Origin: Anaeromyxobacteraceae bacterium
Lineage (GTDB): Bacteria > Myxococcota > Myxococcia > Myxococcales > Anaeromyxobacteraceae
NCBI GenBank assembly: GCA_032654565.1
Contig: JAULAX010000017.1
Coordinates: 32,001-96,000, forward strand
Reading direction: 5' to 3'
DNA: 64,000 bases
How positions within the stretch are numbered: position 1 is the first letter of the stretch; each line of letters opens with the position of its first letter. Both the position numbers and the translations under genes were made by a program. Positions 52,271-61,623 of the stretch are shown here, in pieces. The notes under the pieces are model-generated. The model searched no databases and was not told the DNA's origin. It was given only the letters and a program-made list of their open reading frames with translations.

Positions 52271-53395
52271 ATGCGGTCCGGCTCCATGCGTGGACCATTC
52301 GCCGCCGTGCTCGCCCTGGGCGTGGCGGCCGTCTCGGTGGCGGCCGCGCTGGTCATCGGCGGCCTCTACGAGCGGGCCGTGGAGACCGCCGGCGCCGAGT
52401 CGCTGCGCTTCACCCAGACCATGTTCGCGGCGCTGCAGCGCGGCGACGTGAAGAAGATGGACGCCACCCTGGAGGCGCTGCTGGCCGACCAGGCCCTGGC
52501 GGCCCACTTCCTCGCCGGGGACCGGGACCGGCTGCTGGCCGACGCGCTCCCCCGCTTCGCCGGCCTGCGCGACCGCGACGGCATCAGCCACTGGTACTTC
52601 ATCGGCCTGGACCGGCGGACCTTCCTGCGGGTCCACCGGCCGGCGCTGTTCGGCGACCTGGTGGACCGCGTCACCCTGCGGCGCGCCGCCGAGACCGGAG
52701 CCCTGGCCAGCGGGCTGGAGCTGGGCCAGACCGCCTTCGCGCTCCGGGTGGTGCGCCCCTGGTACGTGGACGGGCGGCTGGTCGGCTACATGGAGCTGGC
52801 CGAGGAGATCGGCCCGTTCCTGGTCCGCATGAAGGCCGACACCGGCAACGACTTCGGCGTGCTGGTGAAGAAGAAGTACCTCGACGAGGCGGCCTGGCGG
52901 AACCTCACCGGGCCGGCCCGGGACACCTGGAACGCCCGGCCGGACGTGGTGGTGGTCGACACCACCACCTTCACCGACGGGCTGGTCGACTACCCCGGCG
53001 ACCTGGAGCAGGTGCCGGCCGCTGGGCAGGTGCTCGGCGAGCGGACCGACGGGGCCCGGGCCTCGATGCGCGGGATCTTCCCGTTCTTCGACGCCAGCGA
53101 TCGGCAGGTGGGGGCGCTCATGGTGGCCCGGGACTTCACCAGCCTCCACGCCGCCATGCGGGTGGGCCGGCTCCAGGTGCTGGCGGTGGCGCTGGTCATG
53201 TCCCTGCTGGCCTCGCTGGTGATCTGGGCGGCCGCCGAGCGGCTCCTCTTCCGGCGTCTCCGGCAGGCCCTCGGCGAGGCGGAGCGGTCGGCGGGGATGG
53301 TCGGGCCGGAGCCGGGCGACGTCGACGACCTGCGGCGCATCGAGCGGCTCGGCGAGCGGGCCAGGCCGCGGCCCGGCGAGCGGGGCCGGGCGTGA
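52271..53395 (+). CDS. TM-dCache-TM sensor protein with no output domain
   Basis: FLRVHRP..FGD, GLELG...LRVVRP; two TM helices; short cytoplasmic tail. Confidence 0.7.
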   Translation: MRSGSMRGPFAAVLALGVAAVSVAAALVIGGLYERAVETAGAESLRFTQTMFAALQRGDVKKMDATLEALLADQALAAHFLAGDRDRLLADALPRFAGLRDRDGISHWYFIGLDRRTFLRVHRPALFGDLVDRVTLRRAAETGALASGLELGQTAFALRVVRPWYVDGRLVGYMELAEEIGPFLVRMKADTGNDFGVLVKKKYLDEAAWRNLTGPARDTWNARPDVVVVDTTTFTDGLVDYPGDLEQVPAAGQVLGERTDGARASMRGIFPFFDASDRQVGALMVARDFTSLHAAMRVGRLQVLAVALVMSLLASLVIWAAAERLLFRRLRQALGEAERSAGMVGPEPGDVDDLRRIERLGERARPRPGERGRA

Positions 53396-55032
53396 GCGGC
53401 GCCACGCCGCCCCCGGCGCCGGCGCGCATCGCCTGGCGTCACCGGCTCTCCACCCAGCTGCTGACGCTGACCGCGCTCCTCTTCGTCACCTCGGTCATCG
53501 CCTACGGCGCCTTCGAGTGGACCATGCGCCAGGCGCTCATGGACCAGGCGCTCTCCGGGGCGGTGCTCTTCGGCGAGACCATCTCCAGCGCCACCCGCCG
53601 CGCCATGCTCGAGGACCGGCGCCCCGACGCCTACGAGATCATGCGGGCCATCGGCCGCCAGCCCGGCATCGACCTGGTCCGGGTCTTCAACAAGGACGGG
53701 AAGATCACCTTCTCCACCATGCCGGGGGAGGAGGGGCGGGTGCTCGACCGCGCCGAGGAGTCCTGCCGCCCCTGCCACGAGGGGCCGCAGCCGCTCTCCC
53801 GGATCAGCCTCGACCGGGCCAGCCGGGTGGTCGAGGTGGACGGCCACCGCGCCCTGCACGTCATCACCCCGACCCACAACGAGGCCCGCTGCTCCTCCTC
53901 GGCCTGCCACCACCACTCGCGCGGCGAGCAGGTGCTGGGGGTCCAGGAGGTGCTGGTCTCGCTGGAGGAGGCCGACCGCCGCCAGGCCACGGTCCGCTGG
54001 TTCGGCCTCGGCTTCGGGGTGGTCGGCGTCACCCTGCTGGGCGGGGCCCTGGTCGGCTTCGCCCGGCGGCGGGTGGTCCGGCCGGTGGCTGCCATCCTCG
54101 AGGGGACCCGCCGGGTGGCGCGGGACCAGCTCGATCACGAGATCCACGTCGACGACCCCGGCGAGCTGGGCATCCTGGCCGGGTCCTTCAACGAGATGAC
54201 CCGCTCCCTGCGGCGCGTCGAGGGCGACCTCAAGGCGCTCAACGTCGAGCTGGAGCAGAAGGTCGAGGACCGGACCGTCGACCTGCGCCGCGCCCAGGCG
54301 GCGCTGGTGCAGACCGAGAAGCTCTCCTCGCTGGGCCAGCTCTCCGCCTCCATCGCCCACGAGATCAACAACCCGCTGGCCGGGATCCTCACCTTCGCCA
54401 AGCTGGTGACCCGCGAGCTGGAGACCGCCGTCCCCGACCCGGTGGTCCGCGCCACCCTGACCCGCAACCTGGCGCTGGTGGAGCGGGAGGCGCGGCGCTG
54501 CTCGGCCATCGTGCGCAACCTGCTCGACTTCGCCCGGGAGGGGCCGCTCAAGCTGGAGGCGGTGGACGCCAACGCGGTCATCGAGGAGTCGCTCCAGCTG
54601 GTGGGCCACAAGCTCAGCATCGCCGGCTTCACGGTGGACCGGCGCCACGGGCCGCTGCCGCCGGTGCTGGCCGACTTCGGGGAGCTGCGCCAGGCGGTGG
54701 TCAACCTGGTCCTCAACGCCATGGAGGCCATGGGGGACGGTGGCACCCTGCTGCTCGAGACCCGCGCCGCCGACGGCGGGCGGATGGTGGAGATCGCCGT
54801 CGAGGACTCCGGCCCCGGCGTCGACCCCGGGCTGCTCGGCAAGATCTTCGACCCCTTCTTCACCACCAAGGAGAAAGGGACCGGGCTGGGGCTGTCGGTG
54901 GTCTACGGCATCATCACCCGCCACGGCGGTCGCATCGACGTGGAGAGCCCGCCCGGGCGCGGGGCGCGGTTCGTGATCCGGCTCCCGGCCATGGGCTCCG
55001 GGCTGGGCGGCGGCGAGCTGGTCTCGGAGTGA
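53392..55032 (+). CDS. Sensor histidine kinase with periplasmic c-type heme motifs and HAMP
   Basis: GTGA overlap; CRPCH and CSSSACH; AHEINNPL, NLVLNA, DSGPG, GTGLGL. Confidence 0.9.
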   Translation: MSGATPPPAPARIAWRHRLSTQLLTLTALLFVTSVIAYGAFEWTMRQALMDQALSGAVLFGETISSATRRAMLEDRRPDAYEIMRAIGRQPGIDLVRVFNKDGKITFSTMPGEEGRVLDRAEESCRPCHEGPQPLSRISLDRASRVVEVDGHRALHVITPTHNEARCSSSACHHHSRGEQVLGVQEVLVSLEEADRRQATVRWFGLGFGVVGVTLLGGALVGFARRRVVRPVAAILEGTRRVARDQLDHEIHVDDPGELGILAGSFNEMTRSLRRVEGDLKALNVELEQKVEDRTVDLRRAQAALVQTEKLSSLGQLSASIAHEINNPLAGILTFAKLVTRELETAVPDPVVRATLTRNLALVEREARRCSAIVRNLLDFAREGPLKLEAVDANAVIEESLQLVGHKLSIAGFTVDRRHGPLPPVLADFGELRQAVVNLVLNAMEAMGDGGTLLLETRAADGGRMVEIAVEDSGPGVDPGLLGKIFDPFFTTKEKGTGLGLSVVYGIITRHGGRIDVESPPGRGARFVIRLPAMGSGLGGGELVSE

Positions 55033-55056
55033 ACCCGCGGTCCCCCTGGAGGTGCC

Positions 55057-55293
55057 ATGCCGACCCCGTTCTCGCAGCGCTCCTCGGCCGGGGTCCCGCT
55101 GGTGCTGCAGGTCCTGGTCGCGCCGGCGCTGGGGCTGCTCTTCCTGGTGACCCTGCCGCTGGCCGGCCTGGCCGCCATCGGCTGGGGCCTGGCCCGGCGT
55201 CACCCGGAGACGCCGGCGCGGCCCGCCGGTGACCTCGGACCAGGTCACCAGGGGCCGCGCGCCGTCCGCCGCGGGGCGGGGACTCCGCCCTGA
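55057..55293 (+). CDS. Small hypothetical membrane protein
   Basis: GGAGG RBS; one long hydrophobic segment. Confidence 0.55.
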   Translation: MPTPFSQRSSAGVPLVLQVLVAPALGLLFLVTLPLAGLAAIGWGLARRHPETPARPAGDLGPGHQGPRAVRRGAGTPP

Positions 55294-55299
55294 CGAGCG

Positions 55300-56001
55300 T
55301 TAGCGGTCGACGAAGGCGTCGGCCAGCTCGCGCCAGCCCTGGTCGCCGAGCAGCCAGGGGGCCGGCGCCGTCAGCTCACCGCCGTCGGCGGCGGCGTAGC
55401 CGAGCCGCCCTTCCACGAAGTGGTTCCAGCGCGCCGCCTCGTCGCGGAGGAACTGCTCGGCCGCCACGCCGCTGGGCAGGGCGGCGAAGGCCATGTTGGC
55501 CGGGGCCACGGTCACCAGCCAGCCGCGCCCGTAGCCGTCGTTCTTGACCAGCGAGGGGTCGCGCAGCGCCGCGGCGTTGACCGCCACCACCACCCCGTCC
55601 ACCGGGGAGCGGATGGCCAGCGAGCGGGCGCCGGCGTGCACGGTGGCGATGGCCGAGCCCTTGGTGACGCGGGTGCCGGCCGGCTTGAGGTCGACGGCGT
55701 TGACGGTGGGCATGAGCCGCAGCGCCAGGGCGTCGAGGCCGATGCGGAGCGAGCCGCCCGCCAGCCGGGTCATCCAGGTGTGGCCGGCGCTGTACCAGGC
55801 GTCGGGCCGGAAGATGAGGCCGGCCACCTCGCGCAGCCCCAGCGACCGCTTCTTCAGCTCGGTGGCGCCGCGCATCATGGCGGCGATGAGCAGCACCGGC
55901 ACCGCGAGCAGGACGACGAGGGCGAGGACGATCCCGGCGCGTGCCGCCAGGCCGGCGAGGAACACTGCAACCAGTTCGATGGCTCCGTAGATGGTGGTCA
56001 T
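55300..56001 (-). CDS. Membrane-anchored GcvH-like protein lacking the lipoyl lysine
   Basis: YSAGHTW, IGLD, SPVDGVVVAVN, DGYGRGWL; VHAGARS replaces VESVKA. Confidence 0.8.
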   Translation of the reverse strand: MTTIYGAIELVAVFLAGLAARAGIVLALVVLLAVPVLLIAAMMRGATELKKRSLGLREVAGLIFRPDAWYSAGHTWMTRLAGGSLRIGLDALALRLMPTVNAVDLKPAGTRVTKGSAIATVHAGARSLAIRSPVDGVVVAVNAAALRDPSLVKNDGYGRGWLVTVAPANMAFAALPSGVAAEQFLRDEAARWNHFVEGRLGYAAADGGELTAPAPWLLGDQGWRELADAFVDR

Positions 56002-56053
56002 GACGTGAGTCCTTTCAGGTGCCGCGTGCTACCGTTCACAGCGTGGGAGACGT

Positions 56054-56401
56054 TCACTCCGCGTGGCAGTTGGTGCAGTCGTCAAGGCCGAAGGCCTCCT
56101 TCCCGTGGCAGGCGCCGCAGTCGCGCCCCGCCTTCATCCGCTCGTGGGTGATGACCGGCCGGACCTCCGTGGTGGTGCGCCCCAGCAGGCTGAACCGCTC
56201 CGGGTGGCAGGCCAGGCAGGTGGGCCTGGCGGCGTCGACGTGGCTCTCGTGGCGGAAGACCACCTTGCCGGGGCTGTCGGCGCCCTGCTTCAGGGTGAGC
56301 TCGGCGGGGAGCCTGGGCAGGTCGTAGGCCAGGGCCAGGCCGGTCCCCAGCAGGGCGGTGGCGGCGGCGAGCAGCAGGTTCCTGGTGAGCGTGGTGGTCA
56401 C
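56054..56401 (-). CDS. Periplasmic triheme c7-type cytochrome
   Basis: Signal peptide; FRHESH, CLACH, HERM, CGACH, CTNCH; GTGA overlap. Confidence 0.85.
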   Translation of the reverse strand: MTTTLTRNLLLAAATALLGTGLALAYDLPRLPAELTLKQGADSPGKVVFRHESHVDAARPTCLACHPERFSLLGRTTTEVRPVITHERMKAGRDCGACHGKEAFGLDDCTNCHAE

Positions 56402-57138
56402 GGCGTCCCCTTCTCGGTGTGGAAGAACTCGCGGGCCAGGGCCTCCCAGCCGGCGTCGCCGGCCAGCGCCCGGGCCAGGCCGTCGACCGGCTGGCCGCCG
56501 TCCTGCAGCACCTGCCCGACCTCCGGGCTGGCCCGCATGGCCAGGGCCTCGGCCTCGCCGTCGAGGAAGTGACGGGCCGCCTGGGCGTGCAGCAGCTGGC
56601 GCTGGTCGGCCTCCAGCCGCGGCGCCTTCACCTTGAAGAGCCAGCCGGTCCCGTAGGCGTCCTTGAGCAGGGAGGGGTCGTCGGCCACGGCGCGGTTCAC
56701 CGCCACCACCGTGCCGTTGACCGGCGAGACCAGCGGGACCGACCAGGTGCCGTCGCCGAGGGCCACCGCCGACTCGCCCTGCGACACCAGGGCCCCGGCG
56801 CGGGGCAGCTCGATGCGGGTCGGGGACACCAGCCGCTGGGCGAAGTCGTCGACGCCCACCGCCACGGTGCCGTCGGCCTCGACCCGGGCCCAGGTGTGGC
56901 CCGGGTGGAGGGCGACGCCGGCCGGGACCTGGAACCAGCCCAGGCTGGGCCAGGGGGCCGCCACCGCCACCGCCGGCCAGCGCTCGGCGTCCCGGCGCCC
57001 GCGGATGGCCTGCTCGGCCGACTGGCGCCGCCCGCCCTGGACGTAGCGCCACATGGGGATGAAGAGCAGCAGGTAGGTGACGCCGAGCCCGTACTCCATG
57101 AGCTTGGCGGGGTAGATGCTGAGGAAGTCGCTGGTCAT
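56398..57138 (-). CDS. Second membrane-anchored GcvH-like protein lacking the lipoyl lysine
   Basis: HPGHTW, VGVDDFAQ, SPVNGTVVAVN, DAYGTGWLFKVK; LGDGTWS replaces VESVKA. Confidence 0.8.
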   Translation of the reverse strand: MTSDFLSIYPAKLMEYGLGVTYLLLFIPMWRYVQGGRRQSAEQAIRGRRDAERWPAVAVAAPWPSLGWFQVPAGVALHPGHTWARVEADGTVAVGVDDFAQRLVSPTRIELPRAGALVSQGESAVALGDGTWSVPLVSPVNGTVVAVNRAVADDPSLLKDAYGTGWLFKVKAPRLEADQRQLLHAQAARHFLDGEAEALAMRASPEVGQVLQDGGQPVDGLARALAGDAGWEALAREFFHTEKGTP

Positions 57139-57151
57139 GACGTGCTCCTCT

Positions 57152-58375
57152 TCAGTGACCCTGTGGGAAGGCCGAGTCCTCGCGGATGATCGGCATCCGG
57201 TTGACGATCCAGCGGAAGGCGACCACGCCCAGGGTGACCAGGGTGATCGAGACCCAGACCTCCATCCAGCTCGGCACGTAGCGGATGGGATTGGTCCAGT
57301 TGAAGGCGATGACCGAGACGTTGAGCCGGTTGAGGATGATCCCGCAGACCGTCATCACCGCGGCGATCTTCACCGCCTGGGGGTTCTTGTTGCGGGCGCC
57401 GTAGGCGAAGAGCAGCGAGGGCACCAGCACCAGCCCGACGGTCTCGAGGAGGAAGAGCGCGCCCCAGCCGGTGGCCAGGTGGGCCCAGGCGTGCCCGTCG
57501 ATGACCCCCTGCAGCTTGATGAAGAAGTAGGCGAAGGCCACCACCGCGCCGGCCTTGCCGAGCCCCACCACCAGCCCGTCCACGTCCACGTGCTTGCCGG
57601 CCAGCTGCCGGGCGAAGACCCGGTGGGAGATGGTGCTCTCGATGATGGCCATCGAGATGCCGGCCATGATGGCGGAGATGAAGAAGAAGATGAAGATGAA
57701 GGGGGAGTACCAGAGCGGGTGGAGCTTGGTGGGCGCCAGCAGGAAGAGCGAGCCCAGCGCCGCCTGGTGCATGGTGGAGAAGATCACCGAGAGCACCGTG
57801 AGGGCGATCAGCATCTTCTTGAGGATGGCGTGGAGGCGCCGCCAGCCCAGCCACTCGAAGAACGGCACGGTGAACTCGAGCAGCAGCACGGTCGTGTAGC
57901 ACATGACGCACCAGGCGACCTCGAAGAGGGGCGAGGCGCTGCCGTAGTTGAACATGGCCTGGACGATGTTCCAGGGGCGGCCCAGGTCGGCCAGCAGCCC
58001 GAACACCGCCATCAGGTAGCCGAGGAAGGCGGTCAGGATCGCCGACCGCTCGATGCCGTGGTAGTCCTTCAGCCCCAGCAGCTGGACCGAGGCGCCGATG
58101 GTGAAGCCGCCGGCGGCCAGCACGATGCCGGTCATCATGTCGAAGCCGATCCAGATGCCCCAGGGGTAGGCCTGGGTCAGGGCGGTGGTGGCGCCCAGGC
58201 CGGCGGCGAAGCGGTAGGCCAGCAGCGGCAGGCCCACCACCAGGATGACGGCGGCCACCGCGTTCCAGGGCGTCAGCAGGGAGCGGAGGTACTCGCCCCA
58301 GCCCATGCCCAGCAGCACCTTCTCGCGGAAGAACGACGGCGACCCGGACAGCGCGGCGGCGGTGGAGCTAGCCAT
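57152..58375 (-). CDS. NrfD/PsrC-family membrane subunit (HybB/HmcC-like)
   Basis: About 10 TM helices; YPWGIWIGFD, DLGRPW, FEVAWC, STMHQ, LHPLW, LNRLN. Confidence 0.88.
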   Translation of the reverse strand: MASSTAAALSGSPSFFREKVLLGMGWGEYLRSLLTPWNAVAAVILVVGLPLLAYRFAAGLGATTALTQAYPWGIWIGFDMMTGIVLAAGGFTIGASVQLLGLKDYHGIERSAILTAFLGYLMAVFGLLADLGRPWNIVQAMFNYGSASPLFEVAWCVMCYTTVLLLEFTVPFFEWLGWRRLHAILKKMLIALTVLSVIFSTMHQAALGSLFLLAPTKLHPLWYSPFIFIFFFISAIMAGISMAIIESTISHRVFARQLAGKHVDVDGLVVGLGKAGAVVAFAYFFIKLQGVIDGHAWAHLATGWGALFLLETVGLVLVPSLLFAYGARNKNPQAVKIAAVMTVCGIILNRLNVSVIAFNWTNPIRYVPSWMEVWVSITLVTLGVVAFRWIVNRMPIIREDSAFPQGH

Positions 58376-59246
58376 GGTGATCCTCCTTCTCCTCGACCTG
58401 GTCGCGGCGCTTCGAGAAGGCGTAGAGCCCCATCAGCAGCGGTGGCCAGAGGGTCATGACGAACGGCGGGGCGCTCAGCGCGCCGGCCACCAGGTCGGAG
58501 TAGGGGCGCTCCGGCATGCCGGTGTTGAGCGCCAGCTTCTCGAAGGGGACGTCGGAGATGTAGAGCCAGCTGGTGCCGCCGGCCTCGTGCTCGCCGTAGA
58601 CGCGGCGCACGTAGGTGGAGCCCTCGGCGTAGACGCGCCGCTTGGCCTCCTCGAGCAGCGCCGTCCGCTTGCCGAAGGTGAGGGCGCCGGTGGGGCAGAC
58701 CGAGGTGCAGGCCGGCTCCAGGCCGTCGGCCAGCCGCTCGGCGCAGAAGCCGCACTTGCGGACCCGGGGGGCGGCCCGCTCGTACTCGTACTTGGGTATG
58801 TCGAAGGCGCAGGCCACCATGCAGTAGCGGCAGCCCATGCACTTGCTCGCGTCGTAGACCACCGGGCCGGTGGGCAGCTTGTCCATGGCCCGCACCGGGC
58901 AGGCCGAGGCGCAGGCCGGAGCCAGGCAGTGCATGCACTGCTTCTTGCCGAAGCGCGGCTGGCCGCCCGGGCCCTGGCCCTGGTTGATGACGGTGAAGAC
59001 GTGCTGGCTGGTGTCGCGGCGGACCGACAGGTCGGCGCCGGCGTCGGGCGGCGGGTTCTTGTTGGCCTCGGCGCAGGCGGCCTCGCAGGCGCGGCAGCCG
59101 GCGCAGCGGGTGGTGTCCACCAGCACGCCGGGGAGCCCGGCGTCGGCCGGGGCGGGGTCGGCGGCGCGGGCCGTGCCGGCCACGGCGAGGCCGGTGCCGG
59201 CGGTGACGCCGGCGACCTTCATGAACGCTCTCCTCGTGATCCTCAT
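58368..59246 (-). CDS. Tat-exported multi-[4Fe-4S] protein (HybA/HmcB-like) with a C-terminal TM anchor
   Basis: TRRAFMK; CAGCRACEAAC, CMHCLAPACASACP, CMGCRYCMVAC, CGFC..CTSVCP. Confidence 0.9.
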   Translation of the reverse strand: MRITRRAFMKVAGVTAGTGLAVAGTARAADPAPADAGLPGVLVDTTRCAGCRACEAACAEANKNPPPDAGADLSVRRDTSQHVFTVINQGQGPGGQPRFGKKQCMHCLAPACASACPVRAMDKLPTGPVVYDASKCMGCRYCMVACAFDIPKYEYERAAPRVRKCGFCAERLADGLEPACTSVCPTGALTFGKRTALLEEAKRRVYAEGSTYVRRVYGEHEAGGTSWLYISDVPFEKLALNTGMPERPYSDLVAGALSAPPFVMTLWPPLLMGLYAFSKRRDQVEEKEDHHG

Positions 59247-59268
59247 GGTTGCCTCCCTCGGGCCCTCG

Positions 59269-59478
59269 TCAGGCATGGCCCGAGCCATCCAGGGTTTCGT
59301 CCTCGTCGACCGCGCCTCTCCAGCTCCGCCCCGCCGCCTCCGCGTAGAGGGTGCAGCTCCGGAAGGCCTCGCCCTCGCAGGTGCTGGCGGTGGTGACGCG
59401 GTCGATCGGGACCAGCTTCTTCACCGGGTAGGCCCGGCAGAAGACCATCGAGACCTCTTTGCGATATGGGCAGGTCAT
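59269..59478 (-). CDS. Small Cys-rich hypothetical protein (69 aa)
   Basis: GGAGG RBS; MTCPY...FC...TC...SC; first gene after the sigma-54 promoter. Confidence 0.65.
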   Translation of the reverse strand: MTCPYRKEVSMVFCRAYPVKKLVPIDRVTTASTCEGEAFRSCTLYAEAAGRSWRGAVDEDETLDGSGHA

Positions 59479-59501
59479 TCGCGCCTCCGGGGGAACCTCT
59501 C

Positions 59502-59516
59502 GCAAGGATGGGGCCA
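59502..59516 (-). promoter_or_regulatory. Sigma-54 -24/-12 promoter
   Basis: Minus strand TGGC-CCCATCC-TTGC with exact GG-N10-GC spacing, just upstream of the RBS and ATG at 59478. Confidence 0.75.
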
Positions 59517-59614
59517 AGCGGCCCCGGGTCCGGCGCCGGTGGGTCCGCGGCAGTGTTCACGCGGAGTTACCGGTGCCCGTGGCGAAAGGCGCCGCCCCGG
59601 AGGCTCCCCAGGGC

Positions 59615-59679
59615 GTGGAGGAACTCAACGGCGCTCTACAGTGTCGGAGGGGCGGGTGTGGAGTTCTTCGACGGCGCTC
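59615..59679. promoter_or_regulatory. Paired candidate upstream activator sites
   Basis: GTGGAG-gaac-TC-aACGGCGCTC at 59615 and GTGGAG-ttct-TC-gACGGCGCTC at 59658, 43 bp apart. Confidence 0.55.
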
Positions 59680-61081
59680 AGCGGGCCGGCGCCGGCTCGT
59701 CGTCGCCGTCGCGCTTGAGGCCGTACTTGCGCATCTTGTTGTAGAGGGTGACCCGGTCGACGCCGAGCACCCGGGCCGACTGGCTGACGTTGAAGCCGGT
59801 GTGGGCCAGCACCGCGGCGATGTGCCGCCGCTCCACCTCGTCGAGCGAGTCGGTGGGGGAGGTGGCCCCGCCGGGGCGTGGCGCCTCGGCGCCGGGGCCC
59901 GCCAGGGGCGCCAGCCCCAGGTCGAGCAGCTCGATGATGGGCCCGCGCGCCACCACCGCGCCCCGCTCCAGCACGTTGCGCAGCTCGCGGACGTTGCCCG
60001 GCCAGGGGTTGGCCACCAGGGCGTTCATGGCCTCGGCCGAGACCCCGTCGATCTCCCGCTCCAGCTCGGCGGAGAGCCGCTCCACGAACAGGTCCACCAG
60101 CAGGGGGATGTCCTCGCGCCGCTCCCGGAGCGGCGGCAGCCGGATGGGGATGACGTTGAGCCGGTAGAAGAGGTCCTCGCGGAAGCTGCCGTTGGCGACC
60201 GCCTTCTGCAGGTCCTTGTTGGTGGCGGCCACGATGCGCACGTCCACCTCGACCGCCTCGTTGCCGCCGATGCGGCAGAAGCGCCGCTCCTCCAGCACCC
60301 GCAGCAGGTCGAGCTGCAGCTTGGGGCCGATGTCGCCGATCTCGTCGAGGAAGAGGGTGCCCTTGTGGGCCGCCTCGAACTTGCCCTTGCGGCGGGCGAC
60401 GGCGCCGGTGAAGGAGCCCTTCTCGTGGCCGAAGAGCTCCGACTCCAGCAGCGTCTCGGTGAGGGCGGCGCAGGAGACCTCCACGAACGGCCCCTCGGCG
60501 CGCGGGCTCTCGGCGTGGATGGCGCGGGCCAGCACCTCCTTGCCCGAGCCCGACTCGCCGAGGATGAGGATGGTGGAGCTGGAGCGGGCGGCGCTGCGGG
60601 CCAGCTCGAAGACCGCCTGCATGGCCGGCGCCTTGGAGGCGAGATCGTGGAGCTGGTGCTCCTTCTTGAGCGCCTTTCGCAGCACGGCGTTCTCCCGCAC
60701 CAGCTCCTGCTGCCCGACGATCTTGTGCATCATCATCGAGAGCTCCTCGGGATCGAAGGGCTTGACCAGGTAGTCGAAGGCCCCCTGCTTCATGGCCGTC
60801 ACCGCGCTGTCGACGGTGGCGAAGGCGGTCATGATCACCACCGCCAGGTCGGCGCGCAGCTTGCGGGCCTCGAGCTGCAGGGCCAGCCCGTCCATGCCCG
60901 GCATCTTCAGGTCGGAGATGAGGATGGCGAAGGGCTGCCCGCGGAGGCGGGCCAGCGCCGAGGGGCCGTCGACGGCCTGCTCCACCAGGTAGCCGTCCTT
61001 GGCCAGCCAGCCGGCCAGCGACTCCCGGACGATCTCCTCGTCGTCGACCACCAGGATGCGGACGCGTTCATTCGAGGCCAT
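59678..61081 (-). CDS. Sigma-54-dependent response regulator (NtrC/AtoC family)
   Basis: [39 protein letters not shown]; Fis-type HTH. Confidence 0.95.
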   Translation of the reverse strand: MASNERVRILVVDDEEIVRESLAGWLAKDGYLVEQAVDGPSALARLRGQPFAILISDLKMPGMDGLALQLEARKLRADLAVVIMTAFATVDSAVTAMKQGAFDYLVKPFDPEELSMMMHKIVGQQELVRENAVLRKALKKEHQLHDLASKAPAMQAVFELARSAARSSSTILILGESGSGKEVLARAIHAESPRAEGPFVEVSCAALTETLLESELFGHEKGSFTGAVARRKGKFEAAHKGTLFLDEIGDIGPKLQLDLLRVLEERRFCRIGGNEAVEVDVRIVAATNKDLQKAVANGSFREDLFYRLNVIPIRLPPLRERREDIPLLVDLFVERLSAELEREIDGVSAEAMNALVANPWPGNVRELRNVLERGAVVARGPIIELLDLGLAPLAGPGAEAPRPGGATSPTDSLDEVERRHIAAVLAHTGFNVSQSARVLGVDRVTLYNKMRKYGLKRDGDDEPAPAR

Positions 61082-61616
61082 GGCGACTCCTCTCCGGCTC
61101 GTCGAGCCGGCGGCGACAGCGTGGACAGAGCTCCACCGACTTCTCATCGACGTCGCGGACGCCGGAGGCGCGGCTCATGACGCAGCGGGGGACGTGGCAG
61201 TGGACCAGGCCGTAGGCGTGGCCGATCTCGTGCACCGCCTCCTTGATGACCCGCTCGGTGAAGCGCCCCTCGCCGTGGAGGTGGAGGTCCTCGCGGAGGC
61301 GGGCGGTGGAGGCCACCGCCACCCGGCCGCCCAGCTGGGCCTCGCCGAAGACGTAGGTGAGGATGGGGATGAAGAGGTCCTGGTCGGTGAGCCCCAGCAC
61401 CTTCCCCCGCGGCGGCCCGGCCGCCAGCAGCCAGGCCAGCACCTTCCCCGAGGCGTGCTGGCGCCGCTTGGGGTCGTAGGTGTCGCCCGGCCGCTCCGCC
61501 GAGTCCCAGCGGACCGCGGTGGTGGCGTAGGCGTGCGCCAGCTCGGCGCGGACCAGCTCCATCAAGGCTGGCGCCATCTCACGCTCCCCGATCCAGCAGA
61601 TGGAGATGGGCTCCAT
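61068..61616 (-). CDS. Archaemetzincin (peptidase M54) family Zn protease
   Basis: VFGEA, HEIGHAYGLVHC...CVM...LCPRC. Confidence 0.88.
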   Translation of the reverse strand: MEPISICWIGEREMAPALMELVRAELAHAYATTAVRWDSAERPGDTYDPKRRQHASGKVLAWLLAAGPPRGKVLGLTDQDLFIPILTYVFGEAQLGGRVAVASTARLREDLHLHGEGRFTERVIKEAVHEIGHAYGLVHCHVPRCVMSRASGVRDVDEKSVELCPRCRRRLDEPERSRHGLE

Positions 61617-61623
61617 GGGCGCG

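Noticed and set aside
55300..57138. Glycine cleavage system
   Set aside because: No gcvT, gcvP or lipoate ligase nearby, and the lipoyl Lys is absent from both proteins.
57152..59246. Hydrogenase-2 operon (hybAB)
   Set aside because: No small or large hydrogenase subunit or hyp maturation genes, so gene symbols were withheld.
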